A stretch of DNA of 64,000 nucleotides, from the NCBI RefSeq assembly GCF_009914755.1, contig NC_060946.1. One strand, given 5' to 3'. This document shows positions 58,301-64,000 of the stretch, piece by piece. The first letter of the stretch is position 1; every line of letters begins with the position of its first letter. The notes under the pieces were generated by a model. It was given only the letters and a program-made list of their open reading frames with translations. It was not told the DNA's origin and ran no database searches. This DNA is from the human T2T-CHM13v2.0 reference genome, Homo sapiens. The position numbers and the translations under genes were made by a program.

Positions 58301-61300
58301 ATAATGCTTATCTATTATCAATTATTATATGACATATAATATATATATTATAAGACGCAAGATGTAAAACAATATTATATATATGTTATATGTATCATAT
58401 ATACGATACTATATATGATTATATACATAATGTATATTTATATTTGTGGGTGCCCTATTCCCCATCTGATAACTTGTTGTAAGAAGCGCAGCGTAATAAT
58501 GTGTGTGCTTGGGATTCTGTTTTTGAAACAAAACACTGAGCCTTCAATGCCCTTTCGGTCTCTGTAAAAGCACTCCTGTCTTCCTGGCAGCTGTTGGACC
58601 TCACAATGTGGATTGTGCCCTCACCCTGCAATGTTGATGCCCTATCGCCATGGTGACGGGATTAGGGATCTCCTGCTCTTGGTCCTAAGGGCCACTGTCT
58701 GTGCTGTGTTTTCCAAAGGTCAGAACAGATTGAACCTTTGTGGTTTTATTTTCCCTGAGTTTGATTTTTCTCATGGGGAACCTGTGTTGCTGCTTTGAAC
58801 GTATATTCATACTGGCCTTTCAAATGCCAACTCTTCATATTACTAGTTAATGCTTTCAAAATATGTTATTTAAAAAATGATCCTCAGTATTGTCCATATG
58901 CAGTTATAAATACGTTTCATGGTTATGTTTTATTCCTCAGTTTACATATTTGATTATTGTACCAAGCAGAGTACCTTTGAAATGTTTTTCCATTTAAAAA
59001 ATATGAATCTTGGCTCAGGCCTGTAACCCCAGCAAATTTGGAGGCCAAGGCAAGGGGATCACAAGGTGAAGAGATCAAGACCATCCTGGCCAATACAGTG
59101 AAACGCTGTCACTACTAAAAATCCAAAAAATTAGCTAGGCATGGTGGCAGCTGGTGTAGTCCCAGTGTGGTGTATTCCCAGCTACCTGGGAGGCTGAGGG
59201 AGGACGATCGCTTCAACCCGTGAGGCAGATGTTGCAGTGAGCAAAGATGGCGCCATTGTACTTCACCCTGTGCAACAGGACAAGTCTCTGTCTGAAAAAA
59301 AATTATATATGGTATATACTATATGTTATGGAATATGCTTTATATGTAATATATAACCTCATATATATTATATGTCATAATACATAATATTTATCCTATG
59401 TCATCTTATATATTATGTATATTACATAACGTATATAATATATAATACAGATTATGCATCTTAAATATGAAAATATATAATTATTGATAACATAACATAT
59501 AGTTATATATAATATGATATATAACGTATATACTATATCATATGTGATATATAATATATATATTTTTATTACATATTATAATTTATATATATTATAATTT
59601 ATATAAAGATATAATTATTTATGTAATATAAATAATTATATATAATTATATAATGAGGTATAATATAAATAATAATATATACGATTACATATTTATGTAG
59701 TTATCTGTATAAAAACATAATTATATATATAATTATATATATCATATATTAGACAACATACATATTATATAATGTATAATATATATTATACAATATATGA
59801 TACATATATGATATGTAATATATCATAATAGAATATATATTTTAATATTATGTATGTAACATATATTATGTGATATATAATATATATAATGTAATATAAA
59901 ATAATATAATATAATATATATTATATTATGATATATTATGTAAAGTAAGTAATAAAATTACATATAACATAATATATAGTTATGTATAATATAACGTATA
60001 ATTATATACGTTATATTTTATATGTACATATAATATTATACAGTTATATATAATTTTGAATAGTTACATATAATGTAATATAAAACATATATAATGTATA
60101 TCATAAAATATATATTTTATACCATATATAATATGTATCATATATTGTGTGTTATATGTCATATATTGTATATCATATATCGTATGTTATATGTTATATA
60201 TATCACATTCCACATATTGTGTATTATAAATTATATATAATATATGACATACATTACATTATATTTGATAAATTATACATTATATGTAACATAGTATATA
60301 TTATATGTAACATGTATATTCTATGGAAAATATATAATATATAACATATATTACATATAATTAATGACATAGACATATAATATATATTTAATATATGTAT
60401 TATACATACAACATATTGTATATAATATATAACATATATTACATAAAATTCATAAAATATATTATATATTGTATGTCATATTTTACATTTACAGTTATAT
60501 ATTATTATATGTTATTTTATCTCATATATAACATAGAAACAATATATATTATATATAATGTATATTATATATAACATAGATATAATAGATATAATATATG
60601 TAAGGTATATTATATATTTAATACGTATATTAACCATATAATATATTCTATATATGAAATATAATATATCTTATATGTGTCATAAAATATAACGTATAAT
60701 ATGTGTCATATTGTATAAATATAATGCTTATCTATTATCAATTATTATATGACATATAATATATATAATATAAGACGCAGGATGTAAAACAATATTATAT
60801 ATATGTTATATGTATTATATATACGATACTATATATTATTATATACATAGTGTATATTTATATTTGTGGGTGCCCTATTCCCCATCTGATAACTTGTTGT
60901 AAGAAGCGCAGCGTAATAATGTGTGGGTTTGGGATTCTGTTTTTGAAACAAAACACTGAGCCTTCAATGACCTTTCGGTCTCTGTAAAAGCACTCCTGTC
61001 TTCCTGGCAGCTGTTGGACCTCACAATGTGGATTGTGCCCTCACCCTGTAATGTTGATGCCCTATCGCCATGGTGACGGGATTAGGGATCTCCTGCTCTT
61101 GGTCCTAAGGGCCACTGTCTGTGCTGTGTTTTCCAAAGGTCAGAACAGATTGAACCTTTGTGGTTTTATTTTCCCTGAGTTTGATTTTCCTCATGGGGAA
61201 CCTGTGTTGCTGCTTTGAACGTATATTCATACTGGCCTTTCAAATGCCAACTCTTCATATTACTAGTTAATGCTTTCAAAATATGTTATTTAAAAAATGA

Positions 61301-64000
61301 TCCTCAGTATTGTCCATATGCAGTTATAAATACGTTTCATGGTTATGTTTTATTCCTCAGTTTACATATTTGATTATTGTACCAAGCAGAGTACCTTTGA
61401 AATGTTTTTCCATTTAAAAAATATGAATCTTGGCTCAGGCCTGTAACCCCAGCAAATTTGGAGGCCAAGGCAAGGGGATCACAAGGTGAAGAGATCAAGA
61501 CCATCCTGGCCAATACAGTGAAAGGCTGTCACTACTAAAACTCCAAAAAACTAGCTAGGCATGGTGGCAGCTGGTGTAGTCCCAGTGTGGTGTAGTCCCA
61601 GCTACCTGGGAGGCTGAGGGAGGACGATCGCTTGAAGCCGTGAGGCAGATGTTGCAGTGAGCAAAGATGGCGCCATTGTACTTCACCCTGTGAAACACAA
61701 GACTCTGTCTGAAAAAAAATTATATATGGTATATACTATATGTTATGGAATATGCTTTATATGTAATATATAACCTCATATATATTATATGTCATAATAC
61801 ATAATATTTATCCTATGTCATCTTATATATATTATGTATATTACATAACGTATATAATATATAATACATATTATGCATCTTAAATATGAAAATATATAAT
61901 TATTGATAACATCATATATAGTTATATATAATATGATATATAACGTATATACTATATCATATGTGATATATAATATATATATTTTTATTACATATTATAA
62001 TTTATATATATTATAATTTATATAAAGATATAATTATTTATGTAATATAAATAATTATATATAATTATATAATGAGGTATAATATAAATAATAATATATA
62101 CGATTACATATTTATGTAGTTATCTGTATAAAAACATAATTATATATATAATTATATATATCATATAATAGACAACATACATATTATATAATGTATAATA
62201 TATATTATACAATATATGATACATATATGATATGTAATATATCATAATAGAATATATATTTTAATATTATGTATGTAACTTATATTATGTGATATATAAT
62301 ATATATTATGTAATATAAAATAATATAATATAATATATATTATATTATGATATATTATGTAAATTAAGTAATAAAATTACATATAACATAATATATAGTT
62401 ATGTATAATATAACGTATAATTATATACGTTATATTTTATATGTACATATAATATTATACAGTTATATATAATTTTGAATAGTTACATATAATGTAATAT
62501 AAAACATATATAATGTATATCATAAAATATATATTTTATACCATATATAATATGTATCATCTATTGTGTGTTATATGTCATATATTGTATATCATATATC
62601 GTATGTTATATGTTATATATATCACATTCCACATATTGTGTATTATAAATTATATATAATATATGACATACATTACATTATATTTGATAAATTATACATT
62701 ATATGTAACATAGTATATATTATATGTAACATGTATATTCTATGGAAAATATATAATATATAACATATATTACATATAATTAATGACATAGACATATAAT
62801 ATATATTTAATATATGTATTATACATACAACATATTGTATATAATATATAACATATATTACATAAAAGTCATAAAATATATTATATATTGTATGTCATAT
62901 TTTACATTTACAGTTATATATTATTATATGTTATTTTATCTCATATATAACATAGAAACAATATATATTATATATAATGTATATTATATATAACATAGAT
63001 ATAATAGATATAATATATGTAAGGTATATTATATATTTAATACGTATATTAACCATATAATATATTCTATATATGAAATATAATATATCTTATATATGTC
63101 ATAAAATATAACGTATATTATGTGTCATATTGTATAAATATAATGCTTATCTATTATCAATTATTATATGACATATAATATATATAATATAAGACGCAGG
63201 ATGTAAAACAATATTATATATATGTTATATGTATTATATATACGATACTATATATTATTATATACATAATGTATATTTATATTTGTGGGTGCCCTATTCC
63301 CCATCTGATAACTTGTTGTAAGAAGCGCAGCGTAATAATGTGTGGGCTTGGGATTCTGTTTTTGAAACAAAACACTGAGCCTTCAATGACCTTTCGGTCT
63401 CTGTAAAAGCACTCCTGTCTTCCTGGCAGCTGTTGGACCTCACAATGTGGATTGTGCCCTCACCCTGCAATGTTGATGCCCTATCGCCATGGTGACGGGA
63501 TTAGGGATCTCCTGCTCTTGGTCCTAAGGGCCACTGTGTGTGCTGTGTTTTCCAAAGGTCAGAACAGATTGAACCTTTGTGGTTTTATTTTCCCTGAGTT
63601 TGATTTTCCTCATGGGGAACCTGTGTTGCTGCTTTGAACGTATATTCATACTGGCCTTTCAAATGCCAACTCTTCATATTACTAGTTAATGCTTTCAAAA
63701 TATGTTATTTAAAAAATTATCCTCAGTATTGTCCATATGCAGTTATAAATACGTTTCATGGTTATGTTTTATTCCTCAGTTTACATATTTGATTATTGTA
63801 CCAAGCAGAGTACCTTTGAAATGTTTTTCCATTTAAAAAATATGAATCTTGGCTCAGGCCTGTAACCCCAGCAAATTTGGAGGCCAAGGCAAGGGGATCA
63901 CAAGGTCAAGAGATCAAGACCATCCTGGCCAATACAGTGAAAGGCTGTCACTACTAAAAATCCAAAAAACTAGCTAGGCATGGTGGCAGCTGGTGTAGTC

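Overview
Human/great-ape genomic DNA spanning a junction between repeat-dense flanking sequence and a satellite array. Bases 1-27,950 are an Alu-dense mosaic of L1, L2 and MaLR-LTR relics, a 26-bp VNTR, a ~620-bp polypurine tract, a GATA-derived satellite and a ~45-bp minisatellite. Many of these carry marks of local template switching and Alu-mediated duplication. From ~27,950 to the end lies an HSat1B/DYZ2-type composite satellite (AT-rich domain + HSATI-like core + 5'-truncated Alu), with 16 core copies. Unit lengths are ~2.54 kb (x2), ~1.58 kb (x2), then ~2.42 kb, becoming more uniform away from the edge. This family is known from Yq12 and the acrocentric short arms; I cannot tell the chromosome from the sequence alone. 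No credible protein-coding or RNA gene was found, and I see no support for a novel gene system. The most interesting signals are structural: array-edge evolution, a candidate 5-unit (12,094-bp) higher-order duplication, a YY1-like palindrome in interior units, and several templated insertions. All family assignments are by eye, not from database searches.
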